Positions 30,970 to 40,189 of a DNA stretch of 64,000 nt are shown here, one piece after another. Source of the DNA: an uncultured Candidatus Rokubacteria bacterium. GTDB lineage: Bacteria > Methylomirabilota > Methylomirabilia > Rokubacteriales > DASRDR01. The notes below the pieces were generated by a model. It ran no database searches and was not told the DNA's origin. It saw only the letters and a list, made by a program, of their open reading frames with translations. Numbering within the stretch: the first letter of the stretch is position 1; the number at the start of each line of letters is the position of its first letter. A program made the translations under genes and the position numbers. Location of the stretch: positions 32,001 to 96,000 of the forward strand of contig CAVPSB010000031.1 in NCBI GenBank assembly GCA_963708025.1, given 5' to 3'.

Positions 30970-31026
30970 GTGCCGACGATCTCGGGCCGGGGCCTCGGCC
31001 ACACCGGCGGCATCCTCGACAAGCTT
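30970..31026 (+). pseudogene. thymidine/pyrimidine-nucleoside phosphorylase signature scrap
   Basis: VPTISGRGLGHTGGILDKL. Confidence 0.7.
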
Positions 31027-31117
31027 TTGGGCACTCGCGATTCCCTCGACTGCTCTCGATTCATCCAGTTCGCGCATCGAAAGTTCGAAAACCGCTCCCT
31101 CGCATGCCACGGGAGCC

Positions 31118-31133
31118 GGGCACGAGCCTTGCT
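31118..31133 (+). promoter_or_regulatory. putative sigma-54 promoter
   Basis: GGGCACGAGCCTTGCT, about 60 nt before the kinase start. Confidence 0.55.
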
Positions 31134-31195
31134 TGTATCGACCCGGTGCCTGGACAGCCGTGCTCCGTACTCACACCAACCGATAGGACGGCCTC

Positions 31196-33268
31196 ATGAG
31201 CGTGAACCCCGGCGGCCCGGGTCCGACCCGTGCCGGGAGCGACGAGCCGCGCGACGGTGCCGAGCCCCGGCTGCCGCGCCTGACCGGCGGGCTCCGTCCG
31301 CTGGTCGAGCTGGCGGCCAAGACCCGGGCGCGCATCCACGCCAAGCTGCTGGCCGGCTTCCTGACCGGGGCGATGCTGCTGCTGAGCCTGGGCGTGCTGG
31401 ACCTCCTGGTCATCGACCGCATGAGCCGGCGGGTGGCCGAGCTGACGCGGCTCCAGGAGAAGGTTGACCGGTCCCGCCAGATGGAGCTCCTGATCACGGC
31501 CCAGAGCCACTACCGGGCCATGGCGATCCTGACCCGGGACGAGAGCAACAACGACAAGATCGCCCGGGCCAAGCAGAGCTTCACGGCCCACCTGGACGCG
31601 GTCGAGCAGCTCAGCGGGCCGCAGAAGGCCGACTTCTTCCGCAAGGTACGGGAGGCCGACGCACGGTACGCGGCCTCGAGCGCCCACACCCTCCATCTCT
31701 ACGCGTCGGGTGACCTGGCCGGCGCCACGACAGTTCACCTGGGGCAGGAGCACCCGATCTCCCACGAGCTCGAGGCGGCGATGAGCGATCTCCAGCGCGA
31801 GGCGGTCCAGGAGATGACCGAGGCGCGCCGGGCGTTCGAGGCCGATCGGAATTTCCTGGCCTGGTCGGTGGCCGCGTTCTCGGCGCTCAGCCTCGGCCTG
31901 GCGCTGCTGTTCGGATTCGTGCTGTCGTGGTCCTTCGTGCTGCCCGTCCGCAAGATCGAGGCGGTACTCCGGGCCATCGCGGCCGGCGATTTCGCGCGCC
32001 GCGTCTCGGTGTCGAACCGCGACGAGCTGGGCGCGCTCAGCCGCAACGTCAACGCCACCAGCGGCCGGCTGACCGAGCTGTGGGACGAGCTGCGCTCGGT
32101 CAGCGACCACCTGCAAGCGGTGGTCGACAACGCCATGGATGGCATCTTGACCATCGACGAGACCCGGACGATCCGCTCGTTCAACCCGGCCGCCGAGCGC
32201 ATTTTCGGCTACGCGGCGGCCGAGGTCGTCGGCCGCCCCCTGCGGCTCCTGCTGGGCGAGACGATCACGGACACGATGGCCCTCGACCTCTTCCTGCCGC
32301 AGGCCGAGACCATGCGCGCCCACCGGGAGGCGATCGGGAGGCGCCAGGACGGCCGGACCTTCCCCATGGAAGTGGCGGTCGGCGAGATGTGGCACCGGGA
32401 TCGCCCGCTGCTCGTGGCCGTGGTCCGCGACATCACCGACCGCAAGCGGGCGGAGGAAGAGCTGGCGCTGGCCCGCGATGCCGCCCTGGACGCCAGCCGC
32501 GCCAAGAGCGCGTTCGTGGCCAACATCAGCCACGAGCTGCGCACGCCCCTGAACGCCATCATCGGCTACAGCGAGCTGCTCCAGGAGGAGGTCACCGACC
32601 TCGGGGAGGACGCGCTGATCCCCTCCCTCGAGAAGGTCAACGGGGCCGGCCGGCACCTGCTGGGATTGATCAACGCCGTGCTCGACCTGTCCAAGATCGA
32701 GGCCGGCAAGATGGACCTGTGCCTGGAAACCTTTCCCGTTCCGCAGCTGGTCCATGACGTCACCGCCATCGTCCAGCCGCTGGTGGACAAGCACCACAAC
32801 CGTCTCCACGTCCAGTGCCCGGACGACGTCGGCGAGATGCACGCCGACCAGACCAAGCTGCGCCAGGCGCTCTTCAACCTGCTGAGCAACGCCTGCAAGT
32901 TCACGGAGCGGGGCACCATCACCGTCGACGTGCAGCGCGGCATCCTGGCCGGCGTCGAGGGGCTCACCTTCCGGGTCAGCGACACCGGCATCGGGATGAC
33001 GCCCGAGCAGCTCGCCCGGCTCTTTCAGCCGTTCTCCCAGGCCGAGGCGACCACCTCCCGCAAGTACGGCGGGACCGGCCTGGGGCTGGTCCTCAGCCGC
33101 CGCTTCTGCCAGATGATGGGCGGGGACATCACGGTCGAGAGCGAGCCCGGCAAGGGCACCGCCTTCACGATCCGGCTCCCGGGCGAGGTCCGGGAGGCGG
33201 CCGAGGCGTCCCGCCCGGAGACCTCGCCCGCCCCTTTGATCGCGACAGCCACCACCCTCGCCGGCTGA
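31196..33268 (+). CDS. sensor histidine kinase (TM, HAMP, PAS, HisKA, HATPase)
   Basis: H-box FVANISHELRTPLN; NLLSNACKFT, DTGIG and GGTGLGL. Confidence 0.95.
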   Translation: MSVNPGGPGPTRAGSDEPRDGAEPRLPRLTGGLRPLVELAAKTRARIHAKLLAGFLTGAMLLLSLGVLDLLVIDRMSRRVAELTRLQEKVDRSRQMELLITAQSHYRAMAILTRDESNNDKIARAKQSFTAHLDAVEQLSGPQKADFFRKVREADARYAASSAHTLHLYASGDLAGATTVHLGQEHPISHELEAAMSDLQREAVQEMTEARRAFEADRNFLAWSVAAFSALSLGLALLFGFVLSWSFVLPVRKIEAVLRAIAAGDFARRVSVSNRDELGALSRNVNATSGRLTELWDELRSVSDHLQAVVDNAMDGILTIDETRTIRSFNPAAERIFGYAAAEVVGRPLRLLLGETITDTMALDLFLPQAETMRAHREAIGRRQDGRTFPMEVAVGEMWHRDRPLLVAVVRDITDRKRAEEELALARDAALDASRAKSAFVANISHELRTPLNAIIGYSELLQEEVTDLGEDALIPSLEKVNGAGRHLLGLINAVLDLSKIEAGKMDLCLETFPVPQLVHDVTAIVQPLVDKHHNRLHVQCPDDVGEMHADQTKLRQALFNLLSNACKFTERGTITVDVQRGILAGVEGLTFRVSDTGIGMTPEQLARLFQPFSQAEATTSRKYGGTGLGLVLSRRFCQMMGGDITVESEPGKGTAFTIRLPGEVREAAEASRPETSPAPLIATATTLAG

Positions 33269-33382
33269 CTCAGCTCCGCGGGCCTCCCGTGAGGCCCGGA
33301 CCACACTCCCCGCGGTGCCCGGGCACGGGGCGTGAGAACCGCCGTAGAATGAATGCCGTGCCGGCGCAGCCGGCACACACCC

Positions 33383-34408
33383 ATGCCCGCCAACCTGACG
33401 CCCGAATACAGGGCTGCGGAGGCCGCCTTCCGCAAGGCGCGCGACCCCGGCGAGCGCCTGGAGTGGCTGCGCGAGATGCTGCGCGTGATCCCCAAGCACA
33501 AGGGGACCGACCACCTCCAGGGCGACATCAAGCGGCGCATCAAGGAGCTGTCCGAAGAGCTCGAGCGGCCGCGCACGGGCGGGGCCCGCGGCGGCCCCGC
33601 GCTGGTGATCCGGCCCGAGGGCGCGGCGCAGATCGCGTTGATCGGGCCGCCGAACGCGGGCAAATCGGCGCTGCACGCGCGGCTCACGGGCTCCGGCGCG
33701 CAGGCCGCCCCGTATCCCTTCACGACCCAGCATCCCGAGCCCGGGATGCTGCCCCACGAGGACATTCGCTTCCAGCTCGTCGATCTTCCGGCCGTCTCGC
33801 CCGAGCACCCGCAACCGTGGCTCGGGAGCGCGCTGCAGACGGCCGACGCGGCGCTCCTGGTCGTGGATCTCGGGGAGCCCGCGTGCGTCGAGCAGGTCGA
33901 GGCCGTGCACGCCGGCCTGCGCGAGCGGCGCGTTACCCTCACCGACCGCTGGGAGCCGGCCGGCGAGTCCACCGGGGCCGCCGCGGAGGGTGACGAGGAT
34001 CCCTTCGCCCTGCGGCTTCCCGCGCTGCTCCTGGCCAACAAGGCGGACCGGCTCGCCGATGCGGACGCCGAGCTGCGGGCGTTCCTGGAAGTCACGGGGC
34101 TCCGCTACCCCGCCCTCGCCGTGTCGGCGATCACGGGGCAGGGCCTCGGCCAGATCGGCCCCTGGCTGTTCGGCCATCTCGGCATCGCCCGCGTGTACAC
34201 CAAGGCGCCGGGCCGTCCGCCCAACCGCGACCGGCCGTTCACCCTGCGCCGCGGCCAGACCGTGGAGGACGTCGCCCGGCTCGTGCACAAGGACTTCGCA
34301 CGCTCGCTCAGGTACGCGCGCGTGTGGGGCCAGTCAGGATTCGGCGGACAGCAGGTCGGGCGTGAGCACCCGGTGGCCGACGGCGACGTGGTCGAGCTGC
34401 ATGCGTGA
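33383..34408 (+). CDS. DRG/OBG-family GTPase with TGS domain
   Basis: MPANL, IPKHKGTDHL, GPPNAGKS, YPFTT, NKAD; C-terminal TGS (VHKDF...DGDVVELH). Confidence 0.88.
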   Translation: MPANLTPEYRAAEAAFRKARDPGERLEWLREMLRVIPKHKGTDHLQGDIKRRIKELSEELERPRTGGARGGPALVIRPEGAAQIALIGPPNAGKSALHARLTGSGAQAAPYPFTTQHPEPGMLPHEDIRFQLVDLPAVSPEHPQPWLGSALQTADAALLVVDLGEPACVEQVEAVHAGLRERRVTLTDRWEPAGESTGAAAEGDEDPFALRLPALLLANKADRLADADAELRAFLEVTGLRYPALAVSAITGQGLGQIGPWLFGHLGIARVYTKAPGRPPNRDRPFTLRRGQTVEDVARLVHKDFARSLRYARVWGQSGFGGQQVGREHPVADGDVVELHA

Positions 34409-34760
34409 CACGTATGCGAAAGGACGACGCTTCTACGGGACGTTCCCGCGTGTCCTCGGCCACTACGCGCGCGATCTGGGGGTGCTGTCGCTCCCCGAGG
34501 CCGTGCACAAGATGACCGGTGGGCCGGCGCGAGTGCTTCGGCTGCGTGACCGCGGGCTCTTACGCGAGGGCTATTCGGCCGACGTCACGGTCTTCGACCC
34601 CGCGACGATCGTCGACCGCGCCACGTACGAGGATCCGCACCGGTATCCGCTGGGCATCTCCACGGTGATCGTGAACGGCGTCGTCGTGGTCGACGCCGGG
34701 CGGCATACCGGCGCGCTCCCCGGGCGGGTGCTCCGTCGCGGCCCGGCCGGGGTGGCCTGA
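34401..34760 (+). pseudogene. C-terminal fragment of a D-aminoacylase
   Basis: RFYGTFPRVLGHY..EAVHKMT..DRGLLREG..ADVTVFDP..VNG; only about 115 aa. Confidence 0.75.
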
Positions 34761-34799
34761 CTCCCGAGCTTTCCTGCCGAGCGGCGGCCACCCGGCGCC

Positions 34800-34940
34800 G
34801 TACCGACGATAGCAGCCGGCGGCGTTGCCCCAGAGGAGCTTCCGTCGCGCCGCCCCGGGGATCGACGTCCACTTGAGCACGTTGTCCGCCGACTTCGGAA
34901 TCCAGCTCTCCGAGGTGCGGGTAGTCGGTCGCGAACATCG
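34800..34940 (-). pseudogene. degenerate amidohydrolase-2 C-terminal fragment
   Basis: MFATDYPH and RRKLLWGNA occur in different frames. Confidence 0.55.
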
Positions 34941-35170
34941 GCGTGTCCTCGGCGAGCGCGCGCCTCTCCCGTGTCTCCTTGCGAGTCATCCTGCCCTTCT
35001 TCCGCGCCGGAGGGTCCGGCATGGATTCGAGGTGCCGATCGAGCGCCTCGAGCGGCAGCCGGATTCGAGGGAACGGTCATTCGGCGCCTCCTCCAGCGCC
35101 CCGGTCGGGGACGCCCGCCTCCATCCCACCCCACCAGTCCGGTAGAATGGCGCGCGAGGAGGCGGGGACG

Positions 35171-35488
35171 ATGACGGCGTGGACGATCCTGGTGATGGCG
35201 AGCCTGTGCGAGGTGGTGATGGCGCTCGGCCTCAAGACGAGCCACGGCTTCACCCGGCTGGGTGGCTCCCTCGTCGCCATCCTCGGCGGCGTGGCCAGCA
35301 TGTGGCTCCTGGCCCTGGCGCTCCGCCACTTCCCGGTGGGCACCGGCTACGCGCTCTGGACGGGGCTCGGCGCCGTCTTCACCGCCGTGGTCGGCATGAT
35401 CGCGCTCGGTGAGAGCCGGGACCCCGTCCGGCTGGGCGCGATCGCGCTGATCGTGGTCGGGGTGACCGCGCTCGGCTGGCGGGAGTGA
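35171..35488 (+). CDS. sugE: SMR/DMT transporter, SugE/Gdx-like
   Basis: 105 aa, 4 TM; CEV..LK.SHGFT and PVGTGYALWTGLG motifs; GAGGAGG RBS; TAGAAT at 35143. Confidence 0.85.
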   Translation: MTAWTILVMASLCEVVMALGLKTSHGFTRLGGSLVAILGGVASMWLLALALRHFPVGTGYALWTGLGAVFTAVVGMIALGESRDPVRLGAIALIVVGVTALGWRE

Positions 35489-35715
35489 GCCTTTCCCCTT
35501 TCGAGGCGGAGCACCGCCACAGCCGGCGCGTGGAGGCCGGGCGACGAACCCCAGGCCTCCTACCGACCGCGCTCGCCGCCGGCGCCGCGGCTCGCGGCTG
35601 GATCCGGTGCCGGGGGCCACGCGGGTCTTCGAGGCGCGGATGGTGGTTGCCTGGGCCGTGCTCGAGCGTTTCTAGCGCCCCCGCGTGATCCGGTGGGTTC
35701 GGCGCCCTGGCCCAG

Positions 35716-36144
35716 CTAGGCGCTGCGCATTCGCTCGAACCAGTGGAGGAGGAGTGCCCAACCGATGCCCCAGGCGGCGTTCAGCAGGAAGCCGATGATG
35801 AAGAGGCCAAGGAAGTCCGGCGGGAGCCCGCCGCTCTTTAACGGCCAGACGACAAACATGAAGACGAGCGTCAGCACGACACCGCCCGCGACGAGCGCCG
35901 CGATCCAATAGGCCGGGCCGCTGAACCACCGCGGCAGGGTCAGCGCAAAGACGACGCCCCAGACCCCGCCCCAGAACGAGATGGAGATGATCTCGGGGAG
36001 GCCAAGCGGCTTGGTGGGCGCCATGTCGAATGGGGCGATCGGCACGATACCGGCGGCGTGCAGGATCCAGAGCAGGATCTGGTGGAAGATCGGCACGGCG
36101 AGCACGCCAGCTACGAAAGCCAGGACAAGCGAGGAAGTGCTCAT
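35716..36144 (-). CDS. hypothetical membrane protein (about 4 TM)
   Basis: Hydrophobic 142-aa ORF with GGGAGAGAG RBS. Confidence 0.7.
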   Translation of the reverse strand: MSTSSLVLAFVAGVLAVPIFHQILLWILHAAGIVPIAPFDMAPTKPLGLPEIISISFWGGVWGVVFALTLPRWFSGPAYWIAALVAGGVVLTLVFMFVVWPLKSGGLPPDFLGLFIIGFLLNAAWGIGWALLLHWFERMRSA

Positions 36145-36493
36145 TCTCTCTCTCCCCTCGGGTGCCACCGAAAAGGCGGTGGCACCCGTATCCGCCGCCA
36201 TCCTGCGCCGATGGCGTGCTTGCGCGCAATGGCTCTCAACGGTCTCGACGACGAGGAGGGTCCGTCCGAGGAGGGGCACACCGGGCATCGCCCTCACGGT
36301 GGCATGCGATGACGGGCGGGTCAACCACCCTGAGTGCACAGAGTCGCCCTCTTCGCCCGCTGGTCAGTTCGCGACCAGACCGATGGCGCGGCTCATCTGA
36401 GAGTCGTTCTCCCACGCACGTTTCCCGTCGGGCCTGCGGGTTGCACTTCCCACCCCGCCGCGATCAAGACGTCTGCATTGGGGGGAGAACGGA

Positions 36494-36595
36494 GTGGAGG
36501 TGGGCTGGCGAGCGCTCGGCGAAGTCATGGTGATTCTCGGCGGGTTCGTCCTGCTGGCGTTGCTCCTCGGCCTCAGTCTCACGGGCAGCCCATGA
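36494..36595 (+). CDS. small single-TM protein (33 aa)
   Basis: MEVGWRALGEVMVILGGFVLLALLLGLSLTGSP; GGGGGAG RBS; ATGA overlap with the next gene. Confidence 0.45.
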   Translation: MEVGWRALGEVMVILGGFVLLALLLGLSLTGSP

Positions 36596-36798
36596 AGCAG
36601 CCACGACGCCAGCCGCCGTTGCTCATCACGATGACCGAGGCCGCCCGGCGTCTGCGCGTCCACGTCACGACCGTGCGGGCGATGATCCAGCGCGGTGGCA
36701 TTCCCGTCGTGCGATTTGGTCGCAGCGTCCGCGTCTACGCCCCGGCACTCGCGACGGCGGCGCCACTGCGTCGCCACCGGAAGCGCCGATCAACCTGA
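36592..36798 (+). CDS. excisionase-like helix-turn-helix protein
   Basis: LITMTEAARRLRVHVTTVRAMIQRG.IP..RFGRSVRV. Confidence 0.72.
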   Translation: MKQPRRQPPLLITMTEAARRLRVHVTTVRAMIQRGGIPVVRFGRSVRVYAPALATAAPLRRHRKRRST

Positions 36799-37014
36799 CG
36801 GACCGACCCAGCGGAGGGCATTCGCAGTGTCACGCTACTCGGACCGGGGCCTGATGCTCGACCCCGGCATCACCGCTGTCACGCTGCGGGCGCTGCATCG
36901 GCGAGGTGGGCACTACCCGTTTCTCGAACACTTTCGGCGTGCTCGACGCTGGCCCGGGCTCTGGCGTATCGGGGAGCCGAGCGCTGGTCCCGCGCGGCAC
37001 CGGGGCTCCCTCTC

Positions 37015-37395
37015 ATGACCCCGCGGGCCCGCCTGCTGGTCGTGGACGACAACGCGGCGGTCCGTGAGGTCTGGGGCGAGATTCTCATCCTCCTCGGCTA
37101 CGACGTGACGCCTGCGAAGGACGCCGCCGAGGCCCTTGCGCTGTTCGACGCCACGCCATTCGATGCCGTGCTGACCGATTTCTTGATGCCGGGGATGAGT
37201 GGGTGCCAGCTGGCGGAAGCGATTCGGGCGCGTTCGTCCGTGCCGGTGATCATGATTACGGGCTCGACAACCGATCGCCACGTGGCACGGACCGACAGCC
37301 GCGGAATGGTCGTGCTCCACAAGCCGGTACGGCTGTCCGATCTCAGGGAAGCCGTCGAGCAGGCACTTCGAAGTCGGCAAGGCGCAACGTCGTAG
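37015..37395 (+). CDS. stand-alone response regulator receiver
   Basis: LLVVDD, TDFLMPGMSG, ITG and KP motifs. Confidence 0.88.
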   Translation: MTPRARLLVVDDNAAVREVWGEILILLGYDVTPAKDAAEALALFDATPFDAVLTDFLMPGMSGCQLAEAIRARSSVPVIMITGSTTDRHVARTDSRGMVVLHKPVRLSDLREAVEQALRSRQGATS

Positions 37396-37535
37396 CCTCG
37401 GTCGGCGGGTCCGTGCCGCCGCGTCACTCGTCCCGCCGCCGCAACGCCTCCCACGCCGCCCGCCTGAGCTTCGGCCGGTCGTCGACGCGAAGCCGCCGAG
37501 CGGGCGCGCACGAGCAGGGCGCGGGCCCGTGGTCC

Positions 37536-38555
37536 TCACTCATCGACGAGATCTTGCAACTTTCGCCCGGACAGGATGTGCTTGAGCGCGCTCACCGCCC
37601 GAGAGCCGGCCCGAAAACGGCCCGCCGTCTCGGGCGGTCCGATGTCTGCGCGCAAGGCGGCCGCCGCGTCGAATCTCGAACGCATGCGGGCCCGCGCGAG
37701 CAGGTTCATGCCGACAAGGTCTCGGTGATAGGGACTTGTCGAGGCTGCGCGCTGCACGAGTCGCATGCGCGCGACTCTGTGCAGCATCCGGCGTTCCGAC
37801 GGCGCACTGCTCGCTTTCAACGCCTCGGCGAGCATGTCGAGGCAATGCCTGCTCCAGGCCGTAATTCTGCGTTCATAGGACCAAGCGAACCATTGCATGT
37901 GCGTATTGTTCGCGTGATAGCGTTTGCGATACAGCGCTTGCGGCACGCGCACGAGGTCCCCGACGAGCGCCTGGCGCGCCATCCAGACCGTATCGGCGGC
38001 AAAATCCTCGCATGGATTGCCCGCCATCGGCAGGATGGAACGCAGCGCCGAGACGCGCGTGAGCCCACGAAAGGCGACGGCGGCGAAGTGATTGCGCAGC
38101 AGGCCGATCTGCCGCTCGAACGGCGACCCGGCGATCGTCGGCTGCCGAAACACCCCGTCGTGCGTACCGAACGATTGGATATCGGAATAGACGACGGCCG
38201 CATCGGGATTGGCCTCCGCCGCTGCCAGAAGTGCAGCGAGGTAGTCGTCCTCCAGCACATCGTCGTGCGGCTGCAGGCAAGCGTAGTCGGCGCCTTCCGC
38301 GGCCGCCGCGGCGAGGGCCGCGGACGAGTTGCCGACCCAGCCCAGGCGCCGCCGCTGCACGAGAAGACGTACGCGCGGATCGGCCAGGAACGGCCGGCAG
38401 GCCGCCTCGGACGACTGGTCGCCGCCGTCCACGGACACGACGATTGTGAGCTCCGCACCGCGTTGCCGCAGCACCGACTCGAGCGTCTCGGCCACGTAAT
38501 CGGCGCCGCGCCAGACCGGAACGGCGACGCAGATCCTGGGCGTGTGCGGCGTCAC
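37536..38555 (-). CDS. glycosyltransferase family 2
   Basis: VAVPVW, SVDGGD, GWVGN and PHDD motifs. Confidence 0.82.
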   Translation of the reverse strand: MTPHTPRICVAVPVWRGADYVAETLESVLRQRGAELTIVVSVDGGDQSSEAACRPFLADPRVRLLVQRRRLGWVGNSSAALAAAAAEGADYACLQPHDDVLEDDYLAALLAAAEANPDAAVVYSDIQSFGTHDGVFRQPTIAGSPFERQIGLLRNHFAAVAFRGLTRVSALRSILPMAGNPCEDFAADTVWMARQALVGDLVRVPQALYRKRYHANNTHMQWFAWSYERRITAWSRHCLDMLAEALKASSAPSERRMLHRVARMRLVQRAASTSPYHRDLVGMNLLARARMRSRFDAAAALRADIGPPETAGRFRAGSRAVSALKHILSGRKLQDLVDE

Positions 38556-39790
38556 GGCGTGACGATACGGTCGGCGCAGACGCCGGCGAAATACGGCGCC
38601 ATCGTCAGCTTTCCCGGGTTGACCGAATGATAGCGGCCGTTCGAGGTGACGCCGATTTCATACCGCCGGTGCAGCTCGCTCGCCGGATCGTCGATGTCGG
38701 TGTGGCCCCACGCAACGATCACGCCGCCTCGCACCGTGCATTCCCGCAGGCTTGCGGAGTCGAGGTCGCGCAGCGGAATAACGATCTCCGCCATGGCCTG
38801 TAGCGTCTCGGTCACGACCCGCGCGCGCCGCGGCTCCGCCGGGATCGGGGACCAATCGGGCGGGCTGACCTCGTGCGAGATCGCTTCAAGGCAGGTCGGA
38901 TACCAGTTCAGATAGGCCATGCCTTGACCGTAGACGACCAGGTCGCCGAACGGCCCCAGCATGATCGCGATCGTCGGCAACGGCCGCGCGCCGGGCGGTG
39001 GGCGGAAGCGGATGCCGTACTTGAAGCGGTGCATCCACGGCCGCAACGGGCGCAGGCCGAGCGTCGCGTCGATGGCGAGCCGGCCGTCCCACAGCGCGTT
39101 GACCACATGGTCGTAGGTGTCGCGCGCAGCGCCCCCGGGACCATCGCTGACCACGCGCAGAGCCGCACCGTTCTCCTCCACGGCGCACACGTTGTGTTGC
39201 AGCCGCATCTCGATTGCCGGCGTGGCGGCAACGCGCTCGCGCACGGCCGCGGCGAGAACCAGAGGGTCGATGGCGACCTCCGGCGTGTCGAAGGCGGCGA
39301 GCGCGAGCGATCCGTCGAACAGGCCATCGCGCTCGGCCGCCGACCATTTGCGCGGCGCGGGGCGAAGGTCGACCCCGAAATAGGCGTCCTTGCGCCCGCC
39401 CGCGGCTTCCCGCAGCAGCGTGTGGACCGCCCCGAGATAGCCCGCCAGCTCGTCCACCGGACGCTGACTGTCGCGATGGACCACGTAGGTCGAGGGCGGC
39501 GACAACGCGAGCCGGCTCAGCGTCAGCCCGACATGGCGCTCGACGAACGACGCGAACGCAAGCGCGCCGCGGATCATCATGCGCGCGGTGGCAAGGCCTT
39601 TGTCGGCGGCGTAGATGTAACCGAGGTGCATCCGCCCTTCGTTGGCGATGGCGGCCTGGGTCATGAGCGTATCGTTACGGTCGTAGAGCGTGACGTGCGC
39701 GCCCCGTTCGGCGAGCGCCAAGCCGATGCAGCAGCCCTGCAGACCGCCGCCGAGTACCGCGACGTGACGCCGCGGGTTGGAAAGAACCAT
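38552..39790 (-). CDS. FAD-dependent oxidoreductase (DAO-like)
   Basis: VAVLGGGLQG Rossmann motif; NEGRMHLG; GK.T. Confidence 0.82.
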   Translation of the reverse strand: MVLSNPRRHVAVLGGGLQGCCIGLALAERGAHVTLYDRNDTLMTQAAIANEGRMHLGYIYAADKGLATARMMIRGALAFASFVERHVGLTLSRLALSPPSTYVVHRDSQRPVDELAGYLGAVHTLLREAAGGRKDAYFGVDLRPAPRKWSAAERDGLFDGSLALAAFDTPEVAIDPLVLAAAVRERVAATPAIEMRLQHNVCAVEENGAALRVVSDGPGGAARDTYDHVVNALWDGRLAIDATLGLRPLRPWMHRFKYGIRFRPPPGARPLPTIAIMLGPFGDLVVYGQGMAYLNWYPTCLEAISHEVSPPDWSPIPAEPRRARVVTETLQAMAEIVIPLRDLDSASLRECTVRGGVIVAWGHTDIDDPASELHRRYEIGVTSNGRYHSVNPGKLTMAPYFAGVCADRIVTP

Positions 39791-40189
39791 GGCCCGATGA
39801 TAAGGGACCTCTGGCGAAGATCAAAGAGCGTTGAAGACATCGACACCCTTCGGCTTCTCGAGTTGAGTCTATGATGTCCTCACTCACGACCTCACTGAAC
39901 GACAGCCATGTCTGGTGGCGGCCCTACTTCACCGTCGCCTGCCGACGGGGCCCGGGCGAACGAGCTGGCCGCGCTGCGCTGGGGGACGTGGATAGCGGCT
40001 GTGGGATCGTCCGGCCGTCGATCGCACTCCGTCAGGGGCAGACGAACCGCCGAGGTTGCGCCCGGATTGCGGATCGACGGCATGCGGTGCCGTCCGCTGC
40101 CGCGCGCTGCAACCCCATATCCCGCAACCCCCATATCCCGCAACTGGCGAAGGGTCTTGCCATGCCTTGGATTCGGGTAGAATGGGCGC

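Noticed and set aside
31061-34288. Very long antisense ORFs (1075 aa here; also 26231-28705 and the 5' part of 51869-54961)
   Set aside because: Shadow frames of real genes caused by high GC3 and scarcity of stop codons.
35040-35170. Guanidine riboswitch upstream of sugE/gdx
   Set aside because: No paired ACGR-loop hairpins or other ykkC motif seen, and the TAGAAT box leaves only a very short leader.
36592-36798. Prophage or ICE
   Set aside because: No integrase, phage structural or conjugation genes in the window.
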